Below are positions 10,426-21,099 of a stretch of 64,000 nt of DNA, piece by piece. A program made the position numbers and the translations under genes. The stretch lies in assembly GCA_965223985.1 (NCBI GenBank), contig OZ245030.1:2240082-2304081 (forward strand), written 5' to 3'. Positions within the stretch are counted from its first letter, which is position 1. Each line of letters starts with the position of its first letter. The DNA comes from Candidatus Poribacteria bacterium (GTDB lineage Bacteria; Poribacteria; WGA-4E; PCPOR2b). The notes below the pieces were generated by a model. The model was not told the DNA's origin, made no database searches, and saw only the letters and a list, made by a program, of their open reading frames with translations.

Positions 10426-11265
10426 ATGCTGGAGCTTTCGGCGAATATCGAATTTCTCTTCCGTGACCGCGATTTCGTGAACCGTATAGATGCCGTGGCA
10501 GAGCTCGGTCTGACTGCCCTCGAATTCGGACCTGACCCCGAAGCGACATCGGGTGACCTGGACATGTCGGCTATTGCTGATCGAGTCAGGCGGCACAATC
10601 TAGTTGTTGCAAACATCAGTGTCCAGCCCCGCATGCGTTTAATCGACGGTGACCGAAACGATGCCTTAGCCCAAGCCGTACGGCAGTCCTGCCAGTTGGC
10701 TCGGCAATTGAGGTGTTCGCTGATGGGCGTGCTGGTCGAAGAGGTGAAGTGGACACCTGGACAGCCGTGGTACGATTACCAGCGCGACGAAAAACAACGC
10801 GACCTTCGCCGTCGCCAGCGAGACAATATTGTTCGCGCTGTGAAAACTGTGGCGCCAATTGCGGAGGGAGAGGGGATGACGCTCCTTATGGAGTGCCTGA
10901 ACACTTTAGTCGACCACGCGGACTATTTCATCGCGTCTTGGCAGGAGGGCGTTTCCATCGTTAGAGAAGTGGACAGCCCGGCTGTCGCGTTGACCTTTGA
11001 CGCTTATCATCACCAAATCAACGAGGGCAACTTGATAAGCAGCCTGACGCAGGACATTGACGTGGTTCGGCACATCCATATCGCCGATGTGCCAGGTCGG
11101 CACGAGCCCGGTACGGGTGAAATCAATTATCTAAACCTGCTCACTGCAGCGAAGCGGGCGGGCTACGAAGGATATCTCGGTCTCGAGTGTGTTCCGACCA
11201 TGAGTGATGTGAGTGTTGCGCTTGCGCCTATCAGGGAGATTGTCGACCAAGTTAATCGCACTTAA
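10426..11265 (+). CDS. Hydroxypyruvate isomerase-like xylose-isomerase TIM-barrel protein
   Basis: LSANIEFLF, LMECLN, FDAYHHQINEG, HIHIADVPGRHEPGTGEINY. Confidence 0.85.
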   Translation: MLELSANIEFLFRDRDFVNRIDAVAELGLTALEFGPDPEATSGDLDMSAIADRVRRHNLVVANISVQPRMRLIDGDRNDALAQAVRQSCQLARQLRCSLMGVLVEEVKWTPGQPWYDYQRDEKQRDLRRRQRDNIVRAVKTVAPIAEGEGMTLLMECLNTLVDHADYFIASWQEGVSIVREVDSPAVALTFDAYHHQINEGNLISSLTQDIDVVRHIHIADVPGRHEPGTGEINYLNLLTAAKRAGYEGYLGLECVPTMSDVSVALAPIREIVDQVNRT

Positions 11266-11351
11266 TCAGACCACCGGTTGCGGCGGGGAGCGTGGAAAGA
11301 GGTGTCAGGAAGGTTTCGGTAATTTCGCAAATGTTCGGCGTGTTGGAAAAA

Positions 11352-11383
11352 ACCTTCGGAAGATTCAAAAACCTTCCGAAGGT
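11352..11383. terminator. Palindrome between convergent genes (terminator or REP)
   Basis: ACCTTCGGAAG-attcaaaaac-CTTCCGAAGGT, a perfect 11-bp stem; a related hairpin lies at 12187-12217. Confidence 0.55.
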
Positions 11384-11393
11384 CGAGTAACGG

Positions 11394-12161
11394 CTATTTG
11401 GAAGCCTTCATTTTCGCCCATGTGCTCGTGAGTCTGCCAGCAGCATCTACAGAGGTTGTTGACTCCAATCCTGCGAGCGCCTCATAATTCTGTGTGGCTT
11501 CCTCTGCGCTGAGCGCGCGGTCATAAAGGCCGACATCATCAATCAAGCCCTCCCAGAACTCAGCAGGGTCTGGATTCGCTCCGATGGCGCCACTCCCCAT
11601 TGGGGTGTCAATGGGTTCACCTAAATCGTTGTTTGTGACCTCTGCTCCATCCAGATAAATGACGTTGGTACCAGCTCCATCATAAACAGCCGCCACATAG
11701 TGCCACTCCCCTAGAGAAACGGTAGGACCATCCGTATCAAGACCCCATTGGGCAATAAAAATCTGCTCGGGGCTCAAACGCCCGGTCGCTACGCCAAAGC
11801 CGCGGGCCTTTCCGTCCCAAATTCCGTATGCCGCAATATACTGAGACGTACCGCGGTCAGTAACTTCTCTTTTGAACCAAGCAGACCAAGTCCTGGCGTC
11901 ATTTCCAGTGGGGAAGCCATCCATGGCAAAAGCCACAGCATCATCGCCGTCAAATTTCATAGCATTAGCACCGATGTAACCGGCGACCATCTCTGGATCG
12001 CCTACGATTGTTCCATCGTTAGTTCCAACTTTGTCTGTGATGTCTCCACCCTCGAAAGACCAGTAGCTAACAAGTCCATCTGTGACGACTTGGGCTTCTG
12101 CGGTATAAGCAAAAGCAACCACCATTATCACCACAAAAAGGAGCGCTAAGTTTTTAAACAT
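11394..12161 (-). CDS. Secreted LamG-like (concanavalin A-like) domain protein
   Basis: Signal peptide, LVSYWSFE, EWHYVAAVYDG, GLIDDVGLYDRALS; C-terminal VDAAGRLTSTWAKMK tail. Confidence 0.85.
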   Translation of the reverse strand: MFKNLALLFVVIMVVAFAYTAEAQVVTDGLVSYWSFEGGDITDKVGTNDGTIVGDPEMVAGYIGANAMKFDGDDAVAFAMDGFPTGNDARTWSAWFKREVTDRGTSQYIAAYGIWDGKARGFGVATGRLSPEQIFIAQWGLDTDGPTVSLGEWHYVAAVYDGAGTNVIYLDGAEVTNNDLGEPIDTPMGSGAIGANPDPAEFWEGLIDDVGLYDRALSAEEATQNYEALAGLESTTSVDAAGRLTSTWAKMKASK

Positions 12162-12407
12162 CGATCGTACCTCCTCAAACTGTTTGGACCTCCGACGTTT
12201 CGAGCACTTCGGAAGTCTGTAATATTATAGTGGAATGATTGAAAGTTAGCCTAATTTGCCGCGCCAATGGATTTAAACCCTCCCGACAAAATATCGCCAA
12301 TCAGTAATATTCGTATTCTAACACACAATTCAGTGCCTGCCAAGCGAAAAATCCGCCCTTGTTTAATGAATGACTGCAGTAGTCATTAAGGTTCATTTTA
12401 TGAAGTG

Positions 12408-13187
12408 TCATGGTCTTGCTTTCATTTTGCCCCATGTGGTTGATACCTTTCCAGCGGGATTCACCCCAAACTTTATGTCCGAATTGAAGTTCTGAACGAC
12501 TTCCTCTGCAGTTAGCGCGCGATTATAAAGCCCGACTTCATCAATGAAGCCCTCCATTGATTCTTCGAAATTTGTATTTGCTCCGATTACTCCCTGGTTG
12601 TTATTTGGTACGTTTGGCTTCATCGCTAGATCCCGTTCAGCCACCACTTCTCCGTCTAAATACAGCGTATTGTGCAACTTTCCGTCATAGACAGCCGCCA
12701 CATAGTGCCATTCGTCGAAAGTGTCGATATTGGGACCAAAAGTATCAAAATTTGGGCCCCATTGCGTCATAAAGAGCCGATCAGCCCTATTATGCCCAGT
12801 TCCAATTCCAAAACCTTCACCGCCAGGTTCCCTCCAAAAGCCGTATGTAACAATATACTGAGACAAGGGAGCACTGGCTTCTCTTTTAAACCAAACGGAC
12901 CATGTCGTAGCTGCATTTCCATTCGGGAAACCTACGTTTTCAAAAAATACGGCATCGTCCCCAGAAAACTGCAGGGCTTTTCCGGATACCCCTTCAACAA
13001 ACTTCGGATTGCCTCTGATTGTCCCATTGTTTGGTCCAACCTCGTCCCGGATTTCTCCACCCTTTTTCTCATCTAAACGCCAGTAGCTCACAAGCCCATC
13101 TTCGACGATTTGGGCGCCCGCCGTATAGCAAGCCAAAGCAACTAAACCGGCAACGACAAAAAGTACAGCGAACCTTCTGTTAATCAT
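12408..13187 (-). CDS. Secreted LamG-like domain protein (tandem paralog)
   Basis: Signal peptide, LVSYWRLDE, EWHYVAAVYDG, FIDEVGLYNRALT; tail VNPAGKVSTTWGKMK. Confidence 0.85.
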   Translation of the reverse strand: MINRRFAVLFVVAGLVALACYTAGAQIVEDGLVSYWRLDEKKGGEIRDEVGPNNGTIRGNPKFVEGVSGKALQFSGDDAVFFENVGFPNGNAATTWSVWFKREASAPLSQYIVTYGFWREPGGEGFGIGTGHNRADRLFMTQWGPNFDTFGPNIDTFDEWHYVAAVYDGKLHNTLYLDGEVVAERDLAMKPNVPNNNQGVIGANTNFEESMEGFIDEVGLYNRALTAEEVVQNFNSDIKFGVNPAGKVSTTWGKMKARP

Positions 13188-13606
13188 TAGTCTTACCTCC
13201 CGATTTTTCCGTTGAACCGACTATCCTCCAACCCAGAGAATTCTTGGATAGGTTCGACGTTTTTCGCCTAATCCTCGACTCGGATTTGAATGCCAAATAT
13301 CCCATGCCTTAGACCAAGGCTCTATTATCTCTTCAATATAACACGATCCCCTAAAAAAATCAACGGGAAATTGGATATACCCCTTTTAATTGCCTCAAAT
13401 CACCTGCTGTGTCAAATCCGCCTTTCATAGCGCGAACCCAACCGACACCTCCGTAAATTCGTGTTTCTTTCACAGAGTCCGAGCGTTCGCCGCGCTTTTT
13501 TGAACTTCAGTGTTTTTTTTCTCGACAAAAAATCAGACTTTATAGTAAACTAATTGTGTAGCATCACAATCACCATTCATGTATGAATGACACCGACTTT
13601 AGGTTC

Positions 13607-13666
13607 GTAGTGGAGGTGTTTTATCCTCGACTCCCTCCTTAAAACGGCGATTAATCGCCCGACTAC
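13607..13666. repeat. GTAG-type REP doublet
   Basis: GTAGTGGAGGTG..CCTCG ... GGCGATTAATCGCC-CGACTAC: two small palindromes bracketed by GTAG/CTAC. Confidence 0.45.
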
Positions 13667-13832
13667 AAACCGTTGTTGTATTGATGTTAGTGCCGTTTAG
13701 ACTACTCTCGTGTGTCGAACGAAACAGCAATCCTTTGGGTACCTTCAGCTACTTGAGAAAATCTGAGCTCAAACATGTTTGCCCCGATAGGTTCCGAGAG
13801 GATAAACCGTCCCAACATGGAGACAACTCACT

Positions 13833-14663
13833 ATGGAGAATACATACGACTGCGCACCAACACTAACGGACTCGCAGGTGCTAGAATTCTGCAGGCGGGG
13901 CTTCCTGATGCTGGAGGCCGTCGTTCCCGATGAAATCAACCGGAAGGTGGTTGAATTTTTCGAAGAGCAGCCCAGGGGAGGTAACGCTGCGAGTATAGAT
14001 GGAGTCGCCGAGAATGTGTTGCTTAATCCGCAAGCAACCGGTGCGGTACGATCCCTCTTAGGCAAAAATTTCACTTATCCTTTTCACCTGGGTGAGGGAC
14101 CTCGAGCCCAGTGTCCCATGCCCGCAGGTCCATGGCACGTCGATGGCGGTGCGGTGTTCGGACCCAAACTGGATAGTCTCCTAGCCTTCTACTATCCACA
14201 GGATACCCCACCGGAACTGGGACCGACCGAGATATTGCCGGGTTCTCATTTCCTCATCGCCGACGGAATCCCTTCCATGGCGCATTACGGCAGCATTCGG
14301 GGCGCAGTTTCTACCACTGCCCCGGCAGGTTCTATCTTCTTAACCGCCTACACCGTCTGGCACCGTCGCCCCGCGTCCACGGCAAAGGCTGTCCGCAATC
14401 TGTCGAAGTATGGGTATACTCGAACTGTGCCACCGGAGCGCGACTGGATTCGAGAACCGGATTTTGAGCCTATGAGTGCCAAAGGTCTGCCCGCAGGTCC
14501 CACCTACCACCGCGAATACCATCGCGCTATCAATGACGCTGCCGAGATGTTCTACTGGTTGTGTGGGAAAGAGGATGAATATCGCTTGTCCGCGCAGCAC
14601 AATCAGCCTGTTTTCCTTTCCAAATACCACAATGTAAAGATGTCACAATCTGTAAATGAGTAA
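13833..14663 (+). CDS. PhyH family Fe(II)/2OG oxygenase
   Basis: WHVD...GPTEILPGSH...VWHR; strongly similar to 6181 (YDCxPTxTDxQVL, FYYPQDTP). Confidence 0.85.
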   Translation: MENTYDCAPTLTDSQVLEFCRRGFLMLEAVVPDEINRKVVEFFEEQPRGGNAASIDGVAENVLLNPQATGAVRSLLGKNFTYPFHLGEGPRAQCPMPAGPWHVDGGAVFGPKLDSLLAFYYPQDTPPELGPTEILPGSHFLIADGIPSMAHYGSIRGAVSTTAPAGSIFLTAYTVWHRRPASTAKAVRNLSKYGYTRTVPPERDWIREPDFEPMSAKGLPAGPTYHREYHRAINDAAEMFYWLCGKEDEYRLSAQHNQPVFLSKYHNVKMSQSVNE

Positions 14664-14728
14664 CCGATCGGCGGTTGTCACCCCGCCGGAACCGGCGGAC
14701 TCAATTCTAGTTTCAATCAGCCCTTCCG

Positions 14729-15688
14729 ATGAAATACCAGAGCTTTTCGACGCTCATGGATAAAATTGTCCGTTTTACCGAGTCGCCGTTCTACACAACC
14801 CTGACCCCGCTGATTTCGACGCTTTTACTGTTGGTAATGGGTGTACTCACTGTCGCCAATATTAGCGCTGATGACGACGTTGCAGAGGGACCGCCGGCGG
14901 AGATTACCTCCCCGACCGACGGGGCTTTGATGCGCCTGATTCCCGCCGGCGAGTTTGAGATGGGAGACCATTTCGATGATGGTGCTGACGACGACCTACC
15001 GGTGCACACGGTCTATCTCGATGATTTCTACATCGATGTCTATGAAGTGACCAACGCTCAATACAAGGCGTTTATGGAGGCGAAGGGACACCGGGCGCCG
15101 CCCTTTTGGAGCGATCCGCAATACAACCAACCCAACCAGCCGGTTGTCGGCGTCAATTGGCATGATGCCGTCGCCTACGCCAAATGGGCGGGTAAACAGC
15201 TTCCCACCGAAGCCCAATGGGAAAAAGCCGCCAGAGGCGGGTTGGTGGGTAAACGTTATGTGTGGGGCGATTCACCGAACCCTCCCGCAGAAGCAGGAAA
15301 TTTGGCTGATGAAGCCGCAAAGAGAGCGTTTCCCAGTTGGACAATCTTTGAAGGGTATGATGACGGTTACGCACGTACCGCTCCCGTTGGCAGCTTCTCG
15401 CCCAACGGCTACGGCTTATACGATATGGAAGGCAATGTCTGGGAGTGGTGCATGGACGAATACCAAGGAAGCTTCTATACGACCAGCCCAAAGAACAATC
15501 CGGTGGCAGGTGGGTTGCTAGACTTTGTGAATGGCAATCTCAGAGGTCTTACATCCGATCGCGTTCTGCGCGGTGCGTCTTGGTTCAATATTCCGAGCGA
15601 CCTGCCCGTGGGGCTCCGACTCAACTACGATCCATCGGACACGCAGAACTTCCGCGGGTTTCGTTGCACAGGGCTTAATTCCCTTTAA
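14729..15688 (+). CDS. Formylglycine-generating enzyme (SUMF1/FGE-sulfatase) family protein
   Basis: IPAGEFEMG, YEVTNAQY, LPTEAQWEKAARGG, NGYGLYDMEGNVWEWC, RGFRC; N-terminal hydrophobic helix. Start uncertain. Confidence 0.9.
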   Translation: MKYQSFSTLMDKIVRFTESPFYTTLTPLISTLLLLVMGVLTVANISADDDVAEGPPAEITSPTDGALMRLIPAGEFEMGDHFDDGADDDLPVHTVYLDDFYIDVYEVTNAQYKAFMEAKGHRAPPFWSDPQYNQPNQPVVGVNWHDAVAYAKWAGKQLPTEAQWEKAARGGLVGKRYVWGDSPNPPAEAGNLADEAAKRAFPSWTIFEGYDDGYARTAPVGSFSPNGYGLYDMEGNVWEWCMDEYQGSFYTTSPKNNPVAGGLLDFVNGNLRGLTSDRVLRGASWFNIPSDLPVGLRLNYDPSDTQNFRGFRCTGLNSL

Positions 15689-15769
15689 CTCCTTAACCCC
15701 TTCGCCGCGCAGCATACCATCCTGATACCTCGTAGATTAGCCTCGTGTCCAACCGATGTGGAGGCATAG

Positions 15770-17170
15770 ATGCACACACGACTTGAGAAAGACAGTATGG
15801 GCGAAGTGGAAGTCCCCGCGGATCGATACTGGGGCGCACAAACCCAACGGTCCATCCACAATTTTAAGATTGGCGGTGAGCGTTTCCCGCGCGAGATGAT
15901 CCGGGCGCTCGGAATCGTGAAGTATTCCGCCGCCGAAGTGAACGCCCAATTGGGGGAATTGGAACAAGCTAAAGCGGATGTTATCATCACAGCCGCTCAG
16001 GAAGTGATTGGCGGTATCCTTGACAATCATTTTCCCTTGGTCGTCTGGCAGACCGGCAGCGGCACTCAGACGAATATGAACGTGAACGAAGTGATTGCCA
16101 ACCGGGCGATTGAGATGCTCGGCGGCGTTTTAGGCAGTAACCATCCCATCCATCCAAACGACCATGTTAACCGATCTCAATCAACCAATGACATCTTTCC
16201 GACCGCTATCCACGTTGCCATGGTGGAAAGTATTCACCATCACCTTATTCCCGCAGTGACAAGATTGCAGAACGCGCTCGCCAATCAAGCCGAAGCGTTC
16301 AAAGACATCGTGAAGATCGGGCGAACACACCTGCAAGATGCAACCCCGCTGACGCTCGGGCAAGAGTTCTCTGGGTACGCATCGCAGCTGACCCATGCAC
16401 TCCGCACAATACATAGCTGTCTCTCTCATCTTTATGAATTGCCGATTGGAGGAACGGCAGTCGGCACCGGTTTAAATACCCATCCCGAGTACGCGGTAAA
16501 TGCTGCGGCGGCAATAGCAAGGCTAACCGGCTTCCCGTTTATAACCGCGCCCAACATGTTTGAAGCCCTTGGTGGACGAGATGCTGTTGTCGAAGCGAGC
16601 GGCGCGTTCAAAACGCTGGCGTGTTCGCTCAATAAGATTGCAAACGACATCCGGTGGCTGGGGAGCGGCCCGCACTGTGGAATTGGAGAACTTTTCCTAC
16701 CGACAAATGACCTGCAGAGTTCCATTATGCCGGGAAAGACCAATCCAACGCAGTGTGAAGCAATGACTATGGTTTGCGCGCAGGTTATCGGAAACGATAC
16801 TACCATCGCCATAGCCGGGGCTTCCGGCAACTTCGAACTCAATGTGTTTATGCCCGTTATCGCTTTTAACGCCTTGCAATCGATTCGTCTTTTGGGGGAC
16901 GTTTGCAACTCATTTACCCAAAATTGTGTCCTTGGCATTCGTCCAAACTTGCAAAAAATCAATCAATATCTGAACGACTCCTTAATGTTGGTAACCGCAC
17001 TCTCGCCCAAAATTGGCTATGACAACGCCGCCCTGGTGGCGAAAACTGCGCATACTGAAGGTAAAACGCTGCGACAGGTTGCCCTCGAACTGAACCTCTT
17101 GACCGCGGCAGAATTCGATCAAACTGTAGTTCCCAGCAAAATGACTCGCCCAAACGTGAAGGCAGATTAA
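15770..17170 (+). CDS. fumC: Class II fumarate hydratase
   Basis: [53 protein letters not shown]. Confidence 0.9.
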   Translation: MHTRLEKDSMGEVEVPADRYWGAQTQRSIHNFKIGGERFPREMIRALGIVKYSAAEVNAQLGELEQAKADVIITAAQEVIGGILDNHFPLVVWQTGSGTQTNMNVNEVIANRAIEMLGGVLGSNHPIHPNDHVNRSQSTNDIFPTAIHVAMVESIHHHLIPAVTRLQNALANQAEAFKDIVKIGRTHLQDATPLTLGQEFSGYASQLTHALRTIHSCLSHLYELPIGGTAVGTGLNTHPEYAVNAAAAIARLTGFPFITAPNMFEALGGRDAVVEASGAFKTLACSLNKIANDIRWLGSGPHCGIGELFLPTNDLQSSIMPGKTNPTQCEAMTMVCAQVIGNDTTIAIAGASGNFELNVFMPVIAFNALQSIRLLGDVCNSFTQNCVLGIRPNLQKINQYLNDSLMLVTALSPKIGYDNAALVAKTAHTEGKTLRQVALELNLLTAAEFDQTVVPSKMTRPNVKAD

Positions 17171-17853
17171 CCCCTCCCACTTTCAGACGAGGGATCCTAA
17201 CGATTGAGGTAAGTTCAAACAGCAACCTTTCAATGTCGTTTTTATCGGCATGCAAGGGAACAAACCCGCCTTTTCTTGAATATTACCACGAACACTTTCA
17301 AATAACAGTTCAAGTATAGAGAGGGTTGCCTCAGTGATGTTTATTAGGTATAATATGCCTACTAATCTGAAGTTTACAAGAAATTTAGGTCTATGAACGT
17401 GTCTAAATGTGAACATGACCTATTTGCATCAATAATAGTGAAATCAAGGGTATGAAACGGTACAAGTATTAAACCCATTGCATTGCTGAATCACCTTCTT
17501 AACGTCTGCAGAACACGGTAGTTTTGAAAGCTACTTCAAAGTTAAAGTGGGTACTTAGCATTTGCAAGATTTTGTTCATTCAATATCCTCTATTTCTCAA
17601 CAACTGTGATTGCCAATAATGTAATTCTCGCCCCACACATCGCACCTCACTTCGAGTGCACACCCAGTCTGGAATTGGAGAATAGATAACAACTAGCTTG
17701 AGCTGTGGTGCTTGGATTCTGCCAATCCACTACGCGCAGCCGTCGCCTCATTCTGCGAAAAATGTCGGCCCCTGAGAGCAGATAATCCCAACAGGAATTG
17801 GGCGAAATGTTTTTGAACAAGACGAATCTTAAACGAGAAAGGAATATCACCGA

Positions 17854-19698
17854 ATGACCGAAGACCTGAGGGCGCTTCTGAAGCAGAAAGCCAATAACTT
17901 GCGCATTCACTCAATCATATCCACATCCGAAGCCGAATCCGGCCATCCAACGACGTGTATGTCAGCCGCAGATATCGTTTCTACGCTCTTTTTTCACACC
18001 ATGCGTTATGATCGTCGTAACCCGCGTAACCCTAATAATGATCGCTTCGTCTTATCAAAAGGTCATGCTGCACCGATTCTCTACGCCGCTTGGGCAGAGG
18101 CAGGCATTATTCCCGCCGCGGATCTACTCGCTTTGCGCCGAATTGACAGCGACCTCGAAGGTCACCCCACCCCGCGTCTTGACTGGGTCGATGTGGCAAC
18201 CGGATCCTTGGGGCAAGGATTGTCAATTGGCGTCGGAATGGCGCTCAACGGGAAATACTTGGATAAATCCGATTATCGCGTCTACGTCCTTATGGGCGAT
18301 GGCGAATCGGCTGAAGGCGCGGTCTGGGAAGCGGTAGCATTGGCTTCACACTACAAACTCAACAACCTAATTGGTATTGTTGATGTCAACGGCAGAGGAC
18401 AGAGCCAACGCACGATGTATGGGTTCGACACCGATTCTTATTGCCGCCGTTTTGAGTCGTTCGGTTGGAACGCAATCGCGATCGATGGACACAATCTTGA
18501 CGAAATTTTATCCGCGCTGGATGAAGCGAAGTCGTCCACAATTCAGCCAACAATGATTGTCGCAAAGACTCTTAAGGGCAAGGGGGTCTCATTTGTTGAG
18601 GACAAAGAGGGTTGGCACGGAAAAGCGATTCCCAAGGGCGAACAACTCGATGCAGCGCTGAATGAACTCGGTCCTCTCGGCTCAAATGGCGGGTTTCAGA
18701 TTGAAACGCCGCCTGCTCATCCAACAACCGTGAAGCAGGAAATACGCGAGATAGCACCGCCCGATTACCAGATTGGCGCAGAGATAGCGTCTCGAAGTGG
18801 ATACGGCGCAGGGCTTGCAAAATTGGGAGATGTAAACCCGCAGATTGTTGCGCTGGATGCGGATGTAAAAAATTCCACCTACGCCGATCAATTTATGGAG
18901 AAACACAGTAATCGGTATTTTGAAATGTTTATCGCAGAACAGAACCTCGTCGGTTCAGGAATTGGGCTGTCAAAGTGTGGAAAGGTACCGTTTGTCTCAA
19001 GCTTCGCCGCATTTCTGACCCGATCCGCGGATCAGATTCGTATGTCCGCAATCTCCCAAGCGAATATCAAATACGTCGGCTCCCACTCTGGTATCTCGAT
19101 TGGCGAAGATGGTCCCTCACAAATGGGCTTAGAGGACTTGGCGATGTTCCGCACGCTTCCAGGTTCGGTTGTTCTCTATCCGAGCGATGCAGTCGCAGCG
19201 GAGCGTCTAGTCGTTGAAGCCGCGCGGCATGAGGGCATCGTTTATATCCGCACCTCACGTCCCAAAACGCCCGTAATCTATTCGAACGATGAACGCTTCC
19301 CCATCGGAGGCAGCAAGACCCTTCGCAAAGGTCCGAACGATCAAGCTACCGTCGTCGGGGCGGGCATTACGCTCAACGAGACGCTGAAAGCCTACGAGGA
19401 TCTCAAATCAGAGGGCATCTCCATTCGCGTAATCGATCTCTACTCCGTCAAGCCCGTAGATACGGAGTCGCTCCTTCGGGCAGCCGCTGCCACCAATAAC
19501 ACACTGATTACGGTCGAAGATCACTATCGAGAGGGCGGGCTTGGCGACGCTGTCCTCGACGCAGTCGCTTCTGAAGGAATAAAAGTTCACAAACTCGCCG
19601 TTACCAGCCTTCCCCGATCCGGAAAACCTGAAGAACTCATCGAGGTGCACGGCATTAGCGCGGCTTCCATCGCTCGCAAGGTGAAAGAGATTGTTTAA
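17854..19698 (+). CDS. tkt: Transketolase (614-aa, TKT-like type)
   Basis: SGHPTT, DRFVLSKGHAAP, GDGESAEG TPP-binding motif, SIGEDGPSQM. Confidence 0.9.
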   Translation: MTEDLRALLKQKANNLRIHSIISTSEAESGHPTTCMSAADIVSTLFFHTMRYDRRNPRNPNNDRFVLSKGHAAPILYAAWAEAGIIPAADLLALRRIDSDLEGHPTPRLDWVDVATGSLGQGLSIGVGMALNGKYLDKSDYRVYVLMGDGESAEGAVWEAVALASHYKLNNLIGIVDVNGRGQSQRTMYGFDTDSYCRRFESFGWNAIAIDGHNLDEILSALDEAKSSTIQPTMIVAKTLKGKGVSFVEDKEGWHGKAIPKGEQLDAALNELGPLGSNGGFQIETPPAHPTTVKQEIREIAPPDYQIGAEIASRSGYGAGLAKLGDVNPQIVALDADVKNSTYADQFMEKHSNRYFEMFIAEQNLVGSGIGLSKCGKVPFVSSFAAFLTRSADQIRMSAISQANIKYVGSHSGISIGEDGPSQMGLEDLAMFRTLPGSVVLYPSDAVAAERLVVEAARHEGIVYIRTSRPKTPVIYSNDERFPIGGSKTLRKGPNDQATVVGAGITLNETLKAYEDLKSEGISIRVIDLYSVKPVDTESLLRAAAATNNTLITVEDHYREGGLGDAVLDAVASEGIKVHKLAVTSLPRSGKPEELIEVHGISAASIARKVKEIV

Positions 19699-19725
19699 TT
19701 GAGTGGCATGATACTCGCCAAAATC

Positions 19726-19757
19726 GAAACCGAGTTTTTTCTTGAAAACTCGGTTTC
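19726..19757. terminator. Hairpin downstream of tkt
   Basis: GAAACCGAGTTTT-ttcttg-AAAACTCGGTTTC, a perfect 13-bp stem. Confidence 0.6.
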
Positions 19758-19876
19758 TGTAAACGGGTGTCCTATAGCCAAGCGGGCGTTGCTTTCAGCA
19801 CGATCCGAGAGTGTTCACACATGGTTGGATCGGCGTGAGAACGAGGGTTGAATTGCAACAGGAGGGAATTTCTATC

Positions 19877-20611
19877 ATGACAGACGAAGAAAAATTTGTC
19901 GTCGATCTTGAAGGCTATCTCGTGATAAAGGACGTTCTATCCGACGATGAAGTGGCTGAAATGAACGCCGCCATCAATCAGGGTAGCCTTGAGGGACCAC
20001 CGAGTCTCTGGGGAGAGCCATTTAAGAGACTCATTGACCACCCCAAAATCCTCCCGTATCTCATTGAACTCTTGGGTCCTTATGTCCGTCTCGACCACGA
20101 TTACCCGATGTTTATGAACAGCGGTGAAAGCCGCGGTGAGTTGCACGGCGGCGAGGCTGGCGGTCGCCCCGGCGGTCCCGAAGGCGACCATTGGTACATT
20201 TACCGCGACGGTGTCATGCGAAACGGGCTGTGTGTGGTGGCATATAATTTAGCAGATGTGCCCGAAGGTGTAGGTGGGTTCGCCTGCATTCCTGGGAGCC
20301 ACAAGAGCAACTTCCTGGCGAATATTCCTCCGGAAGTCCGGCGGCTCGAGCGTTCGGCTCACTATGTCGTCCAACCCGCACTCGAACCGGGTGATGTTCT
20401 GTTCTTCACCGAAGCTATCATACACGGGACGATGCCGTGGCGGGGAGAACATCAACGCCGATCGTTGCTCTACAAATACAGCCCCGGAAACTCTGCTTGG
20501 TCAGGAAGCTTTTATGACATCAACAGATACGGTGAATTGACCGAACAACAGAAACGGATGCTTTTACCGCCGTCAATTGGAAATCGTCCGCGCGTTGTGC
20601 AAAATGATTGA
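19877..20611 (+). CDS. PhyH family protein with H-G-G in place of H-x-D
   Basis: DLEGYLVIKDVL, LHGG, GGFACIPGSHKSN, GDVLFFTEAIIHGT; RBS GGAGG upstream. Confidence 0.8.
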   Translation: MTDEEKFVVDLEGYLVIKDVLSDDEVAEMNAAINQGSLEGPPSLWGEPFKRLIDHPKILPYLIELLGPYVRLDHDYPMFMNSGESRGELHGGEAGGRPGGPEGDHWYIYRDGVMRNGLCVVAYNLADVPEGVGGFACIPGSHKSNFLANIPPEVRRLERSAHYVVQPALEPGDVLFFTEAIIHGTMPWRGEHQRRSLLYKYSPGNSAWSGSFYDINRYGELTEQQKRMLLPPSIGNRPRVVQND

Positions 20612-20922
20612 GAACAGCTGAAGTGTCCCAATACTGACAACACCTATGTGGGAGGATAAAAGTTGTTCGCTGTGAGAGAGGCGTCCCTGCCTCGATTTCC
20701 AGAGCATCACGCTTTCCCTCTGTCCTCATCTTCCTCCTTAGCGTTATGCGCTCGTGTTCTGCATGAACCAATATCAATCGAAAAATCTCGCGTTTTGCGC
20801 CCAAATCAGGATGCCCAAAAATCCTCCCCCTTGCGAATGGGAAACGAAAGGGGGTCTGCTCCGCCGCGTAGTGTACGCCTCGCTGCATTCCCGATTAACA
20901 TCGGCAACTCTGCGGTAGTAAT

Positions 20923-20992
20923 GTAGGTTGGATTGAGCGATGAACGGAGTGAATAACGAGCGCGATAGTATTCCGATGAATTATACAACCTA
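20923..20992. repeat. GTAG-type REP-like element A (left edge of island)
   Basis: GTAGGTTGGATTGAGCG...CAACCTA with an internal GAGTGAATAACGAGCGCGATAGT module shared with 25097-25118. Confidence 0.6.
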
Positions 20993-21099
20993 GGGCGCAT
21001 GGACGCAGGAGCGGATTCTGTTAGAAAGCCGTTGCACTGTAGCGTAACCGAACAATCAACTGAACGGATAGATCGACTTAGATCTATGAGGAGGTTGTA

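Noticed and set aside
9889-10596. 235-aa minus-strand ORF and similar long shadow ORFs (e.g. 35833-36417, 49613-50239)
   Set aside because: They overlap well-supported genes in antisense or alternate frames and show no motifs.
17760-17810. TPP riboswitch upstream of tkt (CTGAGA seen)
   Set aside because: The downstream ACCTGA...(C)GNAGG core elements are missing.
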